Shown: in pieces, positions 24,607-34,586 of the stretch
Layout of the letters: every line of letters begins with the position of its first letter
How positions within the stretch are numbered: position 1 is the first letter of the stretch
Assembly (NCBI GenBank): GCA_937902735.1
Contig: CALELS010000015.1
Location: forward strand, 15,070 to 79,069
Direction of reading: 5' to 3'
DNA length: 64,000 bases
DNA from: an uncultured Bacillales bacterium
GTDB lineage: Bacteria; Bacillota_I; Bacilli_A; RFN20; CAG-826
Position numbers and translations under genes: made by a program
Notes under the pieces: generated by a model
The model's input: the letters and a program-made list of their open reading frames with translations, nothing else
Told to the model about the DNA's origin: nothing
Database searches by the model: none

Positions 24607-25710
24607 ATGAAAGTATTAGTTACTGGAAGTAATGGCTTCATTGGTAAACATGTTTCTTTAATCTTAAAACGTAACAATATCGAAGTTTTAGGATTTGATA
24701 AAGATGATAATGAAGAAACATTGACTAAACATATCTCAGAAGCTGATTTTGTTGTCCATTTAGCAGGTATTAACCGTCCATTAACAGTTGAAGAATTCTA
24801 TGATGGAAACACTAATTTCACCAAACATTTAGTGGATTTAATTAAAGAATCAAAAAGAAACACCCCGATTATCATGTCTAGTTCAATACAAGCTGAACTT
24901 AATAATGATTATGGCAAATCTAAAAAGATGTCTGAAGACTACCTCTTCTTAAGTGGCTTACCAGTCTATGTATATCGTTTATATAATGTGTTTGGTAAGT
25001 GGTGTAGACCAAATTACAATTCAGCATGTGCAACATTTTGTTATAACATTGCTCATAGTTTAGATATTCAAATTAGAGATAGGAATTATGTAGTCCATTT
25101 CAACTATATTGATGATATATGTGAAGAATTCCTTCATGTCATCTTATCTAATAATCATGAAGGTAAAAAAGATATTCAATATGTTAAACCAATTCACGAT
25201 TGTTCCTTGGGTAATTTAGCAGATCTCCTCTATTATTTTAAGGCTGAAGTTGAATCCGATAGACATCTTCCACTTCTACACAATGACTTTGAATTGAAGT
25301 TATTTAAAACATTCCTAGATTATCTAAGTGATGAAGGATATTCATTTAACTTTGCTAAAGATGATAGGGGATGGTTTGAAGAACTTTATAAGTCTAAAAA
25401 ATATGGTCAAATAAGTGATAATGTTTCCTATCCTGGAATAGTTAAAGGTGGACATTATCACACATATAAAAAAGAGATATTCTACACAGTTAAGGGAGAA
25501 TGTCTTATTGAACAAAGAAATATTAAAACTGATGAATTTATCTCAAATAGAGTAAGTGGTGATAAACCTAATCCTATTGAAATCAAAGTAGGATATACTC
25601 ACCAAATTACTAATGTAGGTAAAGATTTGTCTCACACAATCATGTGGATCAATGAAGTATATAATCCCGAGACACATGATACCTATCGTGAAGAAGTAAT
25701 TAAGAAATAA
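24607..25710 (+). CDS. CapF/FnlB-like bifunctional reductase-epimerase (N-terminal SDR plus C-terminal cupin)
   Basis: MKVLVTGSNGFIGKHV and ADFVVHLAGINRP resemble S. aureus CapF. Length about 368 aa from the ATG at 24607. Confidence 0.7.
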   Translation: MKVLVTGSNGFIGKHVSLILKRNNIEVLGFDKDDNEETLTKHISEADFVVHLAGINRPLTVEEFYDGNTNFTKHLVDLIKESKRNTPIIMSSSIQAELNNDYGKSKKMSEDYLFLSGLPVYVYRLYNVFGKWCRPNYNSACATFCYNIAHSLDIQIRDRNYVVHFNYIDDICEEFLHVILSNNHEGKKDIQYVKPIHDCSLGNLADLLYYFKAEVESDRHLPLLHNDFELKLFKTFLDYLSDEGYSFNFAKDDRGWFEELYKSKKYGQISDNVSYPGIVKGGHYHTYKKEIFYTVKGECLIEQRNIKTDEFISNRVSGDKPNPIEIKVGYTHQITNVGKDLSHTIMWINEVYNPETHDTYREEVIKK

Positions 25711-25716
25711 CTAAAA

Positions 25717-25760
25717 GGCCAACCAGTTTGATGGATACCCATCAAGGGCTGGCTTTCTTT
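25717..25760. terminator. Hairpin terminator between the convergent capF-like gene and the ABC permease
   Basis: ttgatgg-atac-ccatcaa stem with an extended GC-rich outer stem and a following ctttcttt. Confidence 0.5.
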
Positions 25761-25823
25761 AATTGGTCTATTTATTCCAGATAATACAATAAAATTGGAT
25801 TTTGAGGAGCAAACAAAGTATTT

Positions 25824-27047
25824 CTATTCAATTGGATGATTAATGATATATCCAACTGTGTTAAGAATAAGAAGTGCTAATGATAATAAGAATGTTGAAG
25901 CAGATAGACTTCCAAATATAGTCCATTCTTTCCAATTCCATTTAAATCTTCTTCTTATTAAACCACTTAATGCAAAATATACTGCAGTTAAACTAATGCA
26001 TGTAGCAAATGAGAATATCGAATTAAATATTCCTAATATTCCTTGGTTCATAACAATTAATAATTCGAATGAACCAATAATAAAGGTGGAATGGAATATA
26101 ATCTCTTGAAGTTTGTCTCTTCCAACTGGTTTTCCTGCATATTCTCCACTAGATTCTTTTTCTAAGATGAAATAAACAATACCTAAAGCAGTTAGAGCAA
26201 ACATCAAAACTAATCCAATAATGAAGTGAATAAATGCAAGAATTGCATCTAAATTTCCAAATTCAAACATCTTGATATTGCTTCCTATAATAAGAGGATT
26301 AAAGATGTTATTAATGAATATCATATATGAGAATGGGGAAAATGATTTAAGCCCCATATAATAACTTGATAAGTTAATTGTGATATTCTCATTTATTGGA
26401 CCAACACAACCGTTATAAAACACATATGGAAGTAATAAACTAAAGCCAATGATTAAATGTCCTCCAACAAGAGTGATTAATGAATTAATAAAGTTGTTAC
26501 TTCTTGTTACGAAGAAATAGGAAATAAAGTAAGTAACAATAATTGATAATATAGATGGGATGTAGGCTAAAGCGTAGTATTGATAATTGGAGAATATATA
26601 TACTTCTCTATAATATGTATCTTCAATAATCATTCCTGCATATGGAATTTGTTTAATAAAGATAAATAACATAGTAAATGCATATATACCCGTAAAGATA
26701 ATAAGAATCATAGATAATAAGACTAAATTATGAACATATCTAATCGTCTTATTTCCTTTACCCGTTTGATAATATAGATCAACACTTCTAAGTGAATACC
26801 TATAATAATTTGCAATTAGTGGTGCAATACACACTAAGAAGAATGTTGGTATCAATAGAATCAATAATCCAGAATACGGTGTTCTAGTTAAGAATTCATT
26901 ACATTCATCTACGTTACAATAAATATAAGAGAAATAAACGCTATCTTCGCTGCTTAGATACATCAAAGCCATTGAGAATAAAATAGCAGCAAAGACAATA
27001 TAGAAAGGAAGGAATCTCTTAAGAGTGTTTTTAATATATGATCTCAT
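25824..27047 (-). CDS. ABC transporter permease (YtrB-operon-type, polytopic)
   Basis: 407-aa hydrophobic protein immediately downstream, on the minus strand, of an ABC ATPase and a YtrA-type GntR regulator. Confidence 0.6.
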   Translation of the reverse strand: MRSYIKNTLKRFLPFYIVFAAILFSMALMYLSSEDSVYFSYIYCNVDECNEFLTRTPYSGLLILLIPTFFLVCIAPLIANYYRYSLRSVDLYYQTGKGNKTIRYVHNLVLLSMILIIFTGIYAFTMLFIFIKQIPYAGMIIEDTYYREVYIFSNYQYYALAYIPSILSIIVTYFISYFFVTRSNNFINSLITLVGGHLIIGFSLLLPYVFYNGCVGPINENITINLSSYYMGLKSFSPFSYMIFINNIFNPLIIGSNIKMFEFGNLDAILAFIHFIIGLVLMFALTALGIVYFILEKESSGEYAGKPVGRDKLQEIIFHSTFIIGSFELLIVMNQGILGIFNSIFSFATCISLTAVYFALSGLIRRRFKWNWKEWTIFGSLSASTFLLSLALLILNTVGYIINHPIE

Positions 27048-27048
27048 C

Positions 27049-27927
27049 TTATTTGTCCTCCCTTCTTGAAAGAATCATCTCTAGTTTAAATATTTCATCA
27101 TCATCAAGTTCGACTTTCTCTAATAAAGTAGGTTTAAATTCTTTTTTGATAATAGGTTCTATATCTTTATTTGATTCAAATACTAAATGAGTAATAGAAC
27201 CCACTTTTCTAAATGAAATTAAATCTAAACCAACTTTCTTAAAGTCTTCTTCTTTTAAATCATCTTTAAAAATAGCTTGGTATTTTCTAAAGCTAGTGCC
27301 CATATCTTCAAGTGCACCATTTTTGGCAAGTCTACCTTTAGACAATAAAATGAAGTTATCACATAGTCTTTCCAAAGAAAGGAGATTATGTGATGAAATG
27401 ATAAATGTTTTTGTATCTGCAAATTTAATAATTTCTTGTTTAACCACATCTTGCATAATTGGATCAATACCATCAAAAGCTTCATCCATTAGGATATATT
27501 CTGCTTTCATAGAAAGAGCTATTGCTAAGAATAGTTGTCTTTTCATACCTTTTGAAAAAGTAGAAATTTTTCTTTTTCTAGGTAAATCTAAAGTTAACAA
27601 GATTTCGTTGAATTTATCTTTGTCCATCTCAAATAATTCTGAGTAGAATCTAAGAGCACTGTTTACAGTCATATTATTTGAATACATTGGGTTATCACTT
27701 AAAAGAAATACATTGTTTTTAATTTTAGGGGAGGAGTTAGGAGTACCATCAATTATTATTTCTCCTTCACTTGCTTGATATATATCTGCGATCAATCTAA
27801 GTAATGTAGATTTACCTGCACCATTTTCTCCAACAAGTCCATTTATACCAGGATGAATATCAATTGAAAGATTATTAACTGCAGTAACGTTATCAAATCT
27901 TTTAGTTAATGAATGTATTGATATCAT
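27049..27927 (-). CDS. ABC transporter ATP-binding protein
   Basis: Walker A GENGAGKST, signature FSKGMKRQ, Walker B ILMDEAFDGID. Confidence 0.85.
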   Translation of the reverse strand: MISIHSLTKRFDNVTAVNNLSIDIHPGINGLVGENGAGKSTLLRLIADIYQASEGEIIIDGTPNSSPKIKNNVFLLSDNPMYSNNMTVNSALRFYSELFEMDKDKFNEILLTLDLPRKRKISTFSKGMKRQLFLAIALSMKAEYILMDEAFDGIDPIMQDVVKQEIIKFADTKTFIISSHNLLSLERLCDNFILLSKGRLAKNGALEDMGTSFRKYQAIFKDDLKEEDFKKVGLDLISFRKVGSITHLVFESNKDIEPIIKKEFKPTLLEKVELDDDEIFKLEMILSRREDK

Positions 27928-28256
27928 TTCTTTAACTCCTTCCTTAAATATTCATATATTTCTTCATTAGATATATTTTGATTATTTAATTCATCTAGAG
28001 AATGTTTAATTACTTTATTCTTATCTATCTTTTGATTGTTCACAAAAAAACCCTTCTTAGGAACACTTCTAAGATATCCATCATTCACAAGAAGAGTGAA
28101 CGCTCTTTGAACAGTATTGGGATTAATCTTATAAAATAATGCTATTTCTCTAACGGAAGGCATTTCGTCGTCTTCTTTTAAAGAGCCCGAATCTATAAGA
28201 TGCTCATAATATTCTTTTAATTGGATATATATCGGTTTTGATGAATTAAATTCCAT
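27924..28256 (-). CDS. GntR-family transcriptional regulator, YtrA subfamily (short, wHTH only)
   Basis: 110 aa; MPSVREIALFYKINPNTVQRAFTLLVNDGYLRSVPKKGFFV; overlaps the downstream ATPase gene. Confidence 0.8.
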   Translation of the reverse strand: MEFNSSKPIYIQLKEYYEHLIDSGSLKEDDEMPSVREIALFYKINPNTVQRAFTLLVNDGYLRSVPKKGFFVNNQKIDKNKVIKHSLDELNNQNISNEEIYEYLRKELKK

Positions 28257-28365
28257 ACATATTTATTGTATTAACTGTATTAAGAGAAAGCAAGTAGTTT
28301 AAATCTTTATAATTCATATTGTCACAAAATTATACCTGTGGTATAAAAACTTTTTGCTACAAATA

Positions 28366-28394
28366 TTGACTAATAGTTTAGTTTTAAATATAAT
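28366..28394 (+). promoter_or_regulatory. Sigma-70-type promoter TTGACT-N17-TATAAT for the AbiEi gene; the -10 ends 6 nt before the ATG (leaderless transcript predicted)
   Basis: Exact consensus hexamers read at 28366-28371 and 28389-28394; ATG at 28401. Confidence 0.5.
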
Positions 28395-28400
28395 TTATTC

Positions 28401-29036
28401 ATGGAACTCATTCAATATTTGAACGATATATATGGTCAAAATAATCCGATTTTTTTAAATAAGATTAGAATTGGTGGAAAAAGTAACACTGCTATTCGAA
28501 CAGAATTTTCGCGTTTAGTAAAAAAAGGAGAATTATATAGAGAATCAAAAGGAATCTATTATATAAAAGGAAACGAAGAATTCGGTAATGTTATTTCTTT
28601 TGATGAAATACTGGATAAGAAATTTATTCATACAAAATCTTCTACAATAGATTTCGGTGATTTATTTATTGATGGGTATTATTCTGGTCTAACATTTCTA
28701 AATATGATTGGAATTAGTCAACAAGTTCCCTCAATTCCTGAAATAACCACCAACAATACAAGCAGCAAGAAACGTTTTTATCACGTTAACAATAGGACCG
28801 CTGTTATAAGAAAAGGGAAATGCGAAATTAATCATAAAAATTTTAAAATATTACAGTTTTTAGATTCGTTCCACTGGATGAATGAAAACGATATTAAGGT
28901 TAATAAGAAGTTGTTAACGGATTATATTCAAAAAAACCATTTTACTAAAAACCTTTTAAATGAGTATATTCGTTTATATGGCTTTAACACTATAAAAATG
29001 ATTATAGAAGGTGGTCTCATTGATGCTTTTGCATGA
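28401..29036 (+). CDS. AbiEi-like antitoxin / transcriptional regulator (COG5340-type) of a type IV TA-abortive infection pair
   Basis: 211 aa with an N-terminal wHTH-like region. Its end overlaps by 26 nt with the downstream DUF1814/AbiEii-like gene. Confidence 0.55.
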   Translation: MELIQYLNDIYGQNNPIFLNKIRIGGKSNTAIRTEFSRLVKKGELYRESKGIYYIKGNEEFGNVISFDEILDKKFIHTKSSTIDFGDLFIDGYYSGLTFLNMIGISQQVPSIPEITTNNTSSKKRFYHVNNRTAVIRKGKCEINHKNFKILQFLDSFHWMNENDIKVNKKLLTDYIQKNHFTKNLLNEYIRLYGFNTIKMIIEGGLIDAFA

Positions 29037-29910
29037 GAATCCGAAACTATTTAATGGGTTATTAAAGGAAGCGGCTCTAAATTTAGGAATAGATACGAAA
29101 TATATAGAGAAAGATTATTATGCATTAACGCTCCTAAAGCAGATTACGAGTAAAGATCCAAATATTGTTTTTAAAGGTGGTACAAGCTTAAGTGCTTGTT
29201 ACAATATTATTAATAGATTTTCAGAAGATATTGATATTACCTATGCTTTTAAAACTGGACGCAGTAAGAAGCGAACAATAAAGAATAATATCATCGATTC
29301 AATTAACGAAATTGGTTTGAAACTAATTAACTTAAATGAAATTAGAAGTACTCATTTAGTAAATAAGTACAAATGTTCTTATGATACAAAAGACAATGTA
29401 TTAGTAGAATTTTCTTCTATTGCTACAGCGTTTCCAATCGAAAAAAGAAATGCACAAACATTAATTGGTAAATATCTTTGTTCAATAAATAGAAAAGATT
29501 TATTAGAGGAATATCAACTTGAAGAATTCTCAATTAATACTCTCTCAATAAAACGTACTTTGATTGATAAAATATTTGCTATTTGTGACTATTATCTTGC
29601 AGAAACTACAAATAGACAATCAAGACACCTATACGATATTTATAGAATTATGAAAGTCGTGTGTCTAGATGAAGAAATATTAGAACTTTTCACAAAGGTT
29701 AGAAAAGAACGTATGCTTCATGATAGATGTTTTTCTGCAAAAGAAGAATATATTATCTCAGACTTGCTTGAGAAAATAGTTTTGACTAACGTCTTTAAGA
29801 TGGATTATAAAAATATTACATCATTGCTCTTATATGAAAAATGTTCATATGATGAGTGTCTAGTTTCCATAAATAAATTGATACTCTTTCTTAGAACGCA
29901 CAATATTTAG
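29011..29910 (+). CDS. AbiEii/AbiGii-family nucleotidyltransferase toxin (DUF1814)
   Basis: Motifs FKGGTSLSACYNIINRFSEDIDITY (GG[ST]xL ... RFSEDID) are characteristic of AbiEii NTases; 299 aa. Confidence 0.7.
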   Translation: MVSLMLLHENPKLFNGLLKEAALNLGIDTKYIEKDYYALTLLKQITSKDPNIVFKGGTSLSACYNIINRFSEDIDITYAFKTGRSKKRTIKNNIIDSINEIGLKLINLNEIRSTHLVNKYKCSYDTKDNVLVEFSSIATAFPIEKRNAQTLIGKYLCSINRKDLLEEYQLEEFSINTLSIKRTLIDKIFAICDYYLAETTNRQSRHLYDIYRIMKVVCLDEEILELFTKVRKERMLHDRCFSAKEEYIISDLLEKIVLTNVFKMDYKNITSLLLYEKCSYDECLVSINKLILFLRTHNI

Positions 29911-29977
29911 TCCATATTAAAAGAGCTAAGTTTACGTCAACCTAGCTCTTAAAAGTTTAATAAAGAATTAAATCAAA

Positions 29978-31702
29978 TTAACGATTTAAACTTTTTCTTT
30001 TAATAACAATGATAGTGACAACACTAGCAACTGAAACAAGTGCAACAGCAGCAATTACAATGAGAGCAATGCCATTATTTGTTTCAATGTTGGTATTAAT
30101 ATAACCAACTTCTGCTGGAGTTCTACCATTGATGAAGTTAGATAAGTTGTATCTTGCTGTTAAGTAATCATAACGAGCCATAGCTTGTTCGACGACAGTA
30201 CCTTCTTCGTTTGCATCAGCATCACCAAGAATGGTCTTTTCGCCTGCTGGTAATGCAGGATATTTGTCATCACTTTGTAAATCGTTCCAAATAGCTTCGA
30301 TGGCATCATGATTATTGTCGCCTTTTTGATATCCTGTACAAACGGCGTCTGTTTGATCAAGTAAATCTTGAGCAAAGTCTTCGGCTGTATAGTTTTCTGC
30401 GGTTGGGACATAACCATTCATTTGAACTTGGAATCCATCATACCAACCAGTGAAACCTTTGATTGTGATCTCAGTGCTATTAGCAACAGCATCTTTAATT
30501 GCTGCAAAAGCTTCTGCATCTGCAGTTTGAGCAGCTTTCTTGTAGAAAACTTGTACTGTCTTTGTGCCAACAGTAAAATTCATCTTAATATCGCTTGTAC
30601 CTGCTGCATCTTCAAAATTGCCGCTTGTGAGTGTTGGAGTGCCACTAACAGTTGTTAAACGTGAGGCATAATCGGCAGTTTCACTACCTGTTGTTGAGTA
30701 AACAACTGGAGTATCTGGAGCATCATATGTTCCAGAAGCAATGCTCATTGATGCACTACCAATTTCATACAATCCTTTGTAAATACTGATAGAACCAGTT
30801 ACGTGAAGAATTGTTTCGTTAGCTGTATAACCAGAAACATCTGCAGTTTTGTTGTAAACAACGATACCATAAGCGCCATCCATGATTACTGGGCCAGTTC
30901 CATCTAAGAAACCAACATAGTATCCATAGACATCAACACTTGCACCTGAAGTTTTAGTATAAAGAACTTGAATAGGATTTGTTCTAGAAACAGAAACAAC
31001 TTGTGCATTACTTGAATCGTTTAGTCCACCAAAAGTGGCAGTAGCGACTACGCTTGTAACATTTAATGCAGGAGAAGCTGGATTATATGTCCAAGTAGCA
31101 TTGGCAGTAACATCTTTATTTGAATCATCATCATAGTGTGCCGTTACAGTGAATCCTGCTGGACTCCATGATTCACCAACATAATATGCGGTTTTAGTCA
31201 TAGCACCAGAAACCTCGATACCAGTTAATTGTGCTTGAGCGCCACCTGTAGTTACGGTAAAGGTGTTAAGTTGTAATTGCCCTGAACCTCCCAAAGTAAA
31301 TACAACCTCTGTTGCTTCGCCGGTCCACGAACCCTCACCAGCAGCGCTTGGGTGAGTATAAGTACCAACGTTAGCTGTTACAGAAGCAAAGGCCTTAGAT
31401 CCTTGTTTTTCCCAGTTAAACACAATTGAAGTGATGGCTGAAGAAGAAGAAATGGTAACTGTATTATTTGCGTATAATCTTAAACCAGCAGGATACCAAG
31501 CTGGATTAGAACTACCTGAACCCTTGGCAAAAGATGCGGTAACACCATCAACAGTAGCATCAGCAGCACTTGATAGTGTAAACTCAGCGGTTGTATCAGC
31601 ACTTACACTAAGAGCTTCCTTTGCGTTAAGAGCAATACCAGCTCCAACACCAAGAGCTAAAGCTGTGCCTAGTACTAGTGCACTAAGCTTAAATTTTCTC
31701 AT
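29978..31702 (-). CDS. Surface protein: N-terminal signal peptide, Ser/Thr/Ala/Gly-rich beta-rich ectodomain, C-terminal TM anchor plus basic tail (no LPXTG)
   Basis: MRKFKLSALVLGTALALGVGAGIALNA signal. The C-terminus is IIAAVALVSVASVVTIIVIKRKSLNR. The membrane-proximal region is homologous to that of the adjacent 795-aa protein (VEQAMARYDYLTARYN...FINGRT). Confidence 0.7.
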   Translation of the reverse strand: MRKFKLSALVLGTALALGVGAGIALNAKEALSVSADTTAEFTLSSAADATVDGVTASFAKGSGSSNPAWYPAGLRLYANNTVTISSSSAITSIVFNWEKQGSKAFASVTANVGTYTHPSAAGEGSWTGEATEVVFTLGGSGQLQLNTFTVTTGGAQAQLTGIEVSGAMTKTAYYVGESWSPAGFTVTAHYDDDSNKDVTANATWTYNPASPALNVTSVVATATFGGLNDSSNAQVVSVSRTNPIQVLYTKTSGASVDVYGYYVGFLDGTGPVIMDGAYGIVVYNKTADVSGYTANETILHVTGSISIYKGLYEIGSASMSIASGTYDAPDTPVVYSTTGSETADYASRLTTVSGTPTLTSGNFEDAAGTSDIKMNFTVGTKTVQVFYKKAAQTADAEAFAAIKDAVANSTEITIKGFTGWYDGFQVQMNGYVPTAENYTAEDFAQDLLDQTDAVCTGYQKGDNNHDAIEAIWNDLQSDDKYPALPAGEKTILGDADANEEGTVVEQAMARYDYLTARYNLSNFINGRTPAEVGYINTNIETNNGIALIVIAAVALVSVASVVTIIVIKRKSLNR

Positions 31703-31969
31703 AATTTAATATTTTCCCCTTTCTGTCGACCCTAAAAACATGTCGACTAAATTATGATCGGTTCCAATATGTCTACGTATCACACATTGAAACACTTACT
31801 TATATGCTAGCAAACATATATATAAAAGCAACTTAATTAAAAATTAAAAGCAACTATTGTCTTAATAGCGTTACAAATCAGTAATTGCTTAGTGTATTAG
31901 AGTTATCTGGTTCTATGAAATTCCCTGTGGTCTTTATTCTTAAGTAACCACGTGTATTTTCATAGAACC

Positions 31970-32001
31970 AAAAAGTTCCTTGGTTAGTCAGTCCAAGGAA
32001 C
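31970..32001 (-). terminator. Rho-independent terminator of the 795-aa surface protein gene
   Basis: On the minus strand: gttccttgg-actgactaa-ccaaggaac followed by ttttt. Confidence 0.55.
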
Positions 32002-32028
32002 AATATTTAGGATTATTTAACTAATAAA

Positions 32029-34416
32029 TTAGTTATGGAATCTTCTTTTACGAATGATAACAATTGTAACAACACTTACAACTGAAACAAGAGCAACAGA
32101 AGCAATGATAATCATCAAAGCTCCGTTATTTGCATCAGTAATTGGAGCATTGTAAACATTACCAATTGTACGTCCGCTAATGAATTCTGGGCATACTTCC
32201 TTATATTTTGTAACTAACATGTCATATCTTGCTAAGGCTTGTTCAACTTTATCAGCTGAATTCTTATCAGCATGACCTTCTACAAAATATGCTTTTGCTT
32301 CGCCGCTTAAGTTGCCATAAGCATCAGCAAGGTCACTCCAAGAAGTAGTGAATGTTGGAGCTGTAGCACCATTATCATGACATTCAACAGCATCTAAGAA
32401 AGATTGAGCAAATGTATCTGCTTCTTCTTTCTCTGGCAAGACTGAACCTGCTGGTCCATATAATTGAATAGCAGTTTGTGCTGTTGTATAAGCAGCAAAA
32501 CGTGGAGCACCATGGTTCCAACCAATTTTTCTAGTGGCATCTGCAACGTTTGTGATGATAGCATCATCTGTTTCTCCATCAAATTCGATGGTCCATGATG
32601 AATTGCCTGTCTTTTCATCAGCAAGTGTAATCTTATTTCCATCTGTCCAGTTGAGATACTTATCACCATTTAAGAATGCAAACGAGCCATCAGCTGTACC
32701 TTCTTCAAGTTCAAATGTGAATACATCAGCAGGTGCGGTTTCATAGAAAACATATGTGCCAATATTGCTTGAAATACCAGCAATTTGGGTTCCATCTGCT
32801 TCGCAGACTAAAGTAACAACATCGCCTACAGCAACTGCTGTTTTCTTTTCGTAAGAACCAGTAACAACTTCGATTACTGTAATATCAGTTGTAGATTGGA
32901 CATATTCTTGACCATTTGTGTCGGTTGCATTAATTGTAATTTTTGCTTTACCAACACCAGAAGCTGTAACAAAATCACCACTGACTGTAAATACATCAGT
33001 TTTGTTTGTTGACCATGTGTATGAAGCAATAGTTGCACTATCGCCATCAGCAGGTACGAAATTAAATTGCATTTCTAAAACTGTGTTTTGACGAATTGAA
33101 GATGGAACTTCAGTCACGATTGAAAGTGTACCGCGAACTGGAACTTCACTTAATGGTGCGAATGATGTGTAAATCCATGTGTCAGCGGATTGTGTTCTTT
33201 CATACGCAGCAAAACGTTGGCCAGTAGAACCATTATTCCACCAAATAACTCTAGTTAAGCTAGCAGCATTGTAGATTAATTGATGATCATCATATTGAAT
33301 AACATACCATGAAGTATTGAGTGATTTAGTTGCATTAACATCTAATGAGTTACCACTATTCCAAGTGAGATATTTTTCATCATTGACAAATGAATAGGAA
33401 CCATCGGCTTCACCAGCCTCGACTTCAAATGTGAATAGTCCAGCTGGATCGGTCGAATATTCAACGCCCTCACCGTAATGGGTGCTACCAGAAGTATTAA
33501 TCGCACTTAGTTCTTTATTAACACCAGAGGCAACCAATGCAACAGTATCACCAATTTCAAATGGAAGCGCATTTGATACAAAAATCATTGCAGATTGAAT
33601 CTCATATAATTCACCCAAACTATCTTCAGCTGTTAAAACAACTTTTGCAGAACCAGGAGCAACAGCTGTTAATTTGTTCCCTTCAACAGTCATAACTTCT
33701 ATGTTATTTGAAGACCAAGAAGCAGAAACGATAGTTGCGCTTGAACCACTAGCTGGAGTCCATGTATAAGACAATGTTTCTTCTGCTTCGACTGTATACA
33801 CAGCATCAAGATCATTAATTACTAAATCTCCACGAGGATTTGTTGATTCTTTGTAGAAATTAATAGCATTTAATTGAATGAATCTATTACTTTTACCAGA
33901 TACTGTTACAGTAAAAACGAACTTGTAAAACGCGTTTGCCCATGTTTTACCTGAACTTGGAGTAAAGGTGATTGTACTATTAGCAGAGACGGACGTTTCA
34001 CTTCTTGTATCAATCACTGTATCAAATGTACTATCGGAAGCAACGGTTAAAACTATGGAACTAACAGTAATGCTTGAAGCTGTTCCAACTGACATTTCAA
34101 TTTTAGAAACGGTTTCGGCCATCACGGTGGTCGTATATGCAGGTCTTTCTTCATTAGTAATAGAATTACCACCAATGCGCCATGGGTTCATTGTGGTATT
34201 ACCCATAACTTTCCATGAATAACCGCCTTGAGTGATATCAGACTCTGCAGCATAGCCACCAGAGCCACCTGTAATGGTACCATCAAGGGTATAGAAGCAT
34301 TGTTCAGCAGCACTTACACCTGCAGCCTCTTTATGTACATTCAAAGCAACTGCGGCACCTCCTGCTAAAGCAATACCAAGAGATAATAGACCTACTCTTT
34401 TAAATATTTTGTTCAT
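32029..34416 (-). CDS. Large surface protein: signal peptide, Big_2-like domains and an internally duplicated ~100-aa domain, C-terminal TM anchor plus RKRR tail
   Basis: Signal MNKIFKRVGLLSLGIALAGGAAVALNV. Duplicated segments FTFEVEAGEADGSYSFVNDEKYLTWNSGN...RFAAYERTQ and FTFELEEGTADGSFAFLNGDKYLNWTDGN...RFAAYTTAQ. The C-terminus is MIIIASVALVSVVSVVTIVIIRKRRFHN. Confidence 0.7.
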   Translation of the reverse strand: MNKIFKRVGLLSLGIALAGGAAVALNVHKEAAGVSAAEQCFYTLDGTITGGSGGYAAESDITQGGYSWKVMGNTTMNPWRIGGNSITNEERPAYTTTVMAETVSKIEMSVGTASSITVSSIVLTVASDSTFDTVIDTRSETSVSANSTITFTPSSGKTWANAFYKFVFTVTVSGKSNRFIQLNAINFYKESTNPRGDLVINDLDAVYTVEAEETLSYTWTPASGSSATIVSASWSSNNIEVMTVEGNKLTAVAPGSAKVVLTAEDSLGELYEIQSAMIFVSNALPFEIGDTVALVASGVNKELSAINTSGSTHYGEGVEYSTDPAGLFTFEVEAGEADGSYSFVNDEKYLTWNSGNSLDVNATKSLNTSWYVIQYDDHQLIYNAASLTRVIWWNNGSTGQRFAAYERTQSADTWIYTSFAPLSEVPVRGTLSIVTEVPSSIRQNTVLEMQFNFVPADGDSATIASYTWSTNKTDVFTVSGDFVTASGVGKAKITINATDTNGQEYVQSTTDITVIEVVTGSYEKKTAVAVGDVVTLVCEADGTQIAGISSNIGTYVFYETAPADVFTFELEEGTADGSFAFLNGDKYLNWTDGNKITLADEKTGNSSWTIEFDGETDDAIITNVADATRKIGWNHGAPRFAAYTTAQTAIQLYGPAGSVLPEKEEADTFAQSFLDAVECHDNGATAPTFTTSWSDLADAYGNLSGEAKAYFVEGHADKNSADKVEQALARYDMLVTKYKEVCPEFISGRTIGNVYNAPITDANNGALMIIIASVALVSVVSVVTIVIIRKRRFHN

Positions 34417-34586
34417 TTTTCTTCCTCCTTTCTCTTAAAGATAAATGTATTAAGGAGAGAGATTATTACGCGTTGATAATCTAATTCCTTAATAATAAAA
34501 ATATATGAAAACATCATAGTAGTGACTAGTTACTAATATTTGTCTTCATGCAATTAATTTTATTAATTAAAAGAATAAAAGAAAAG

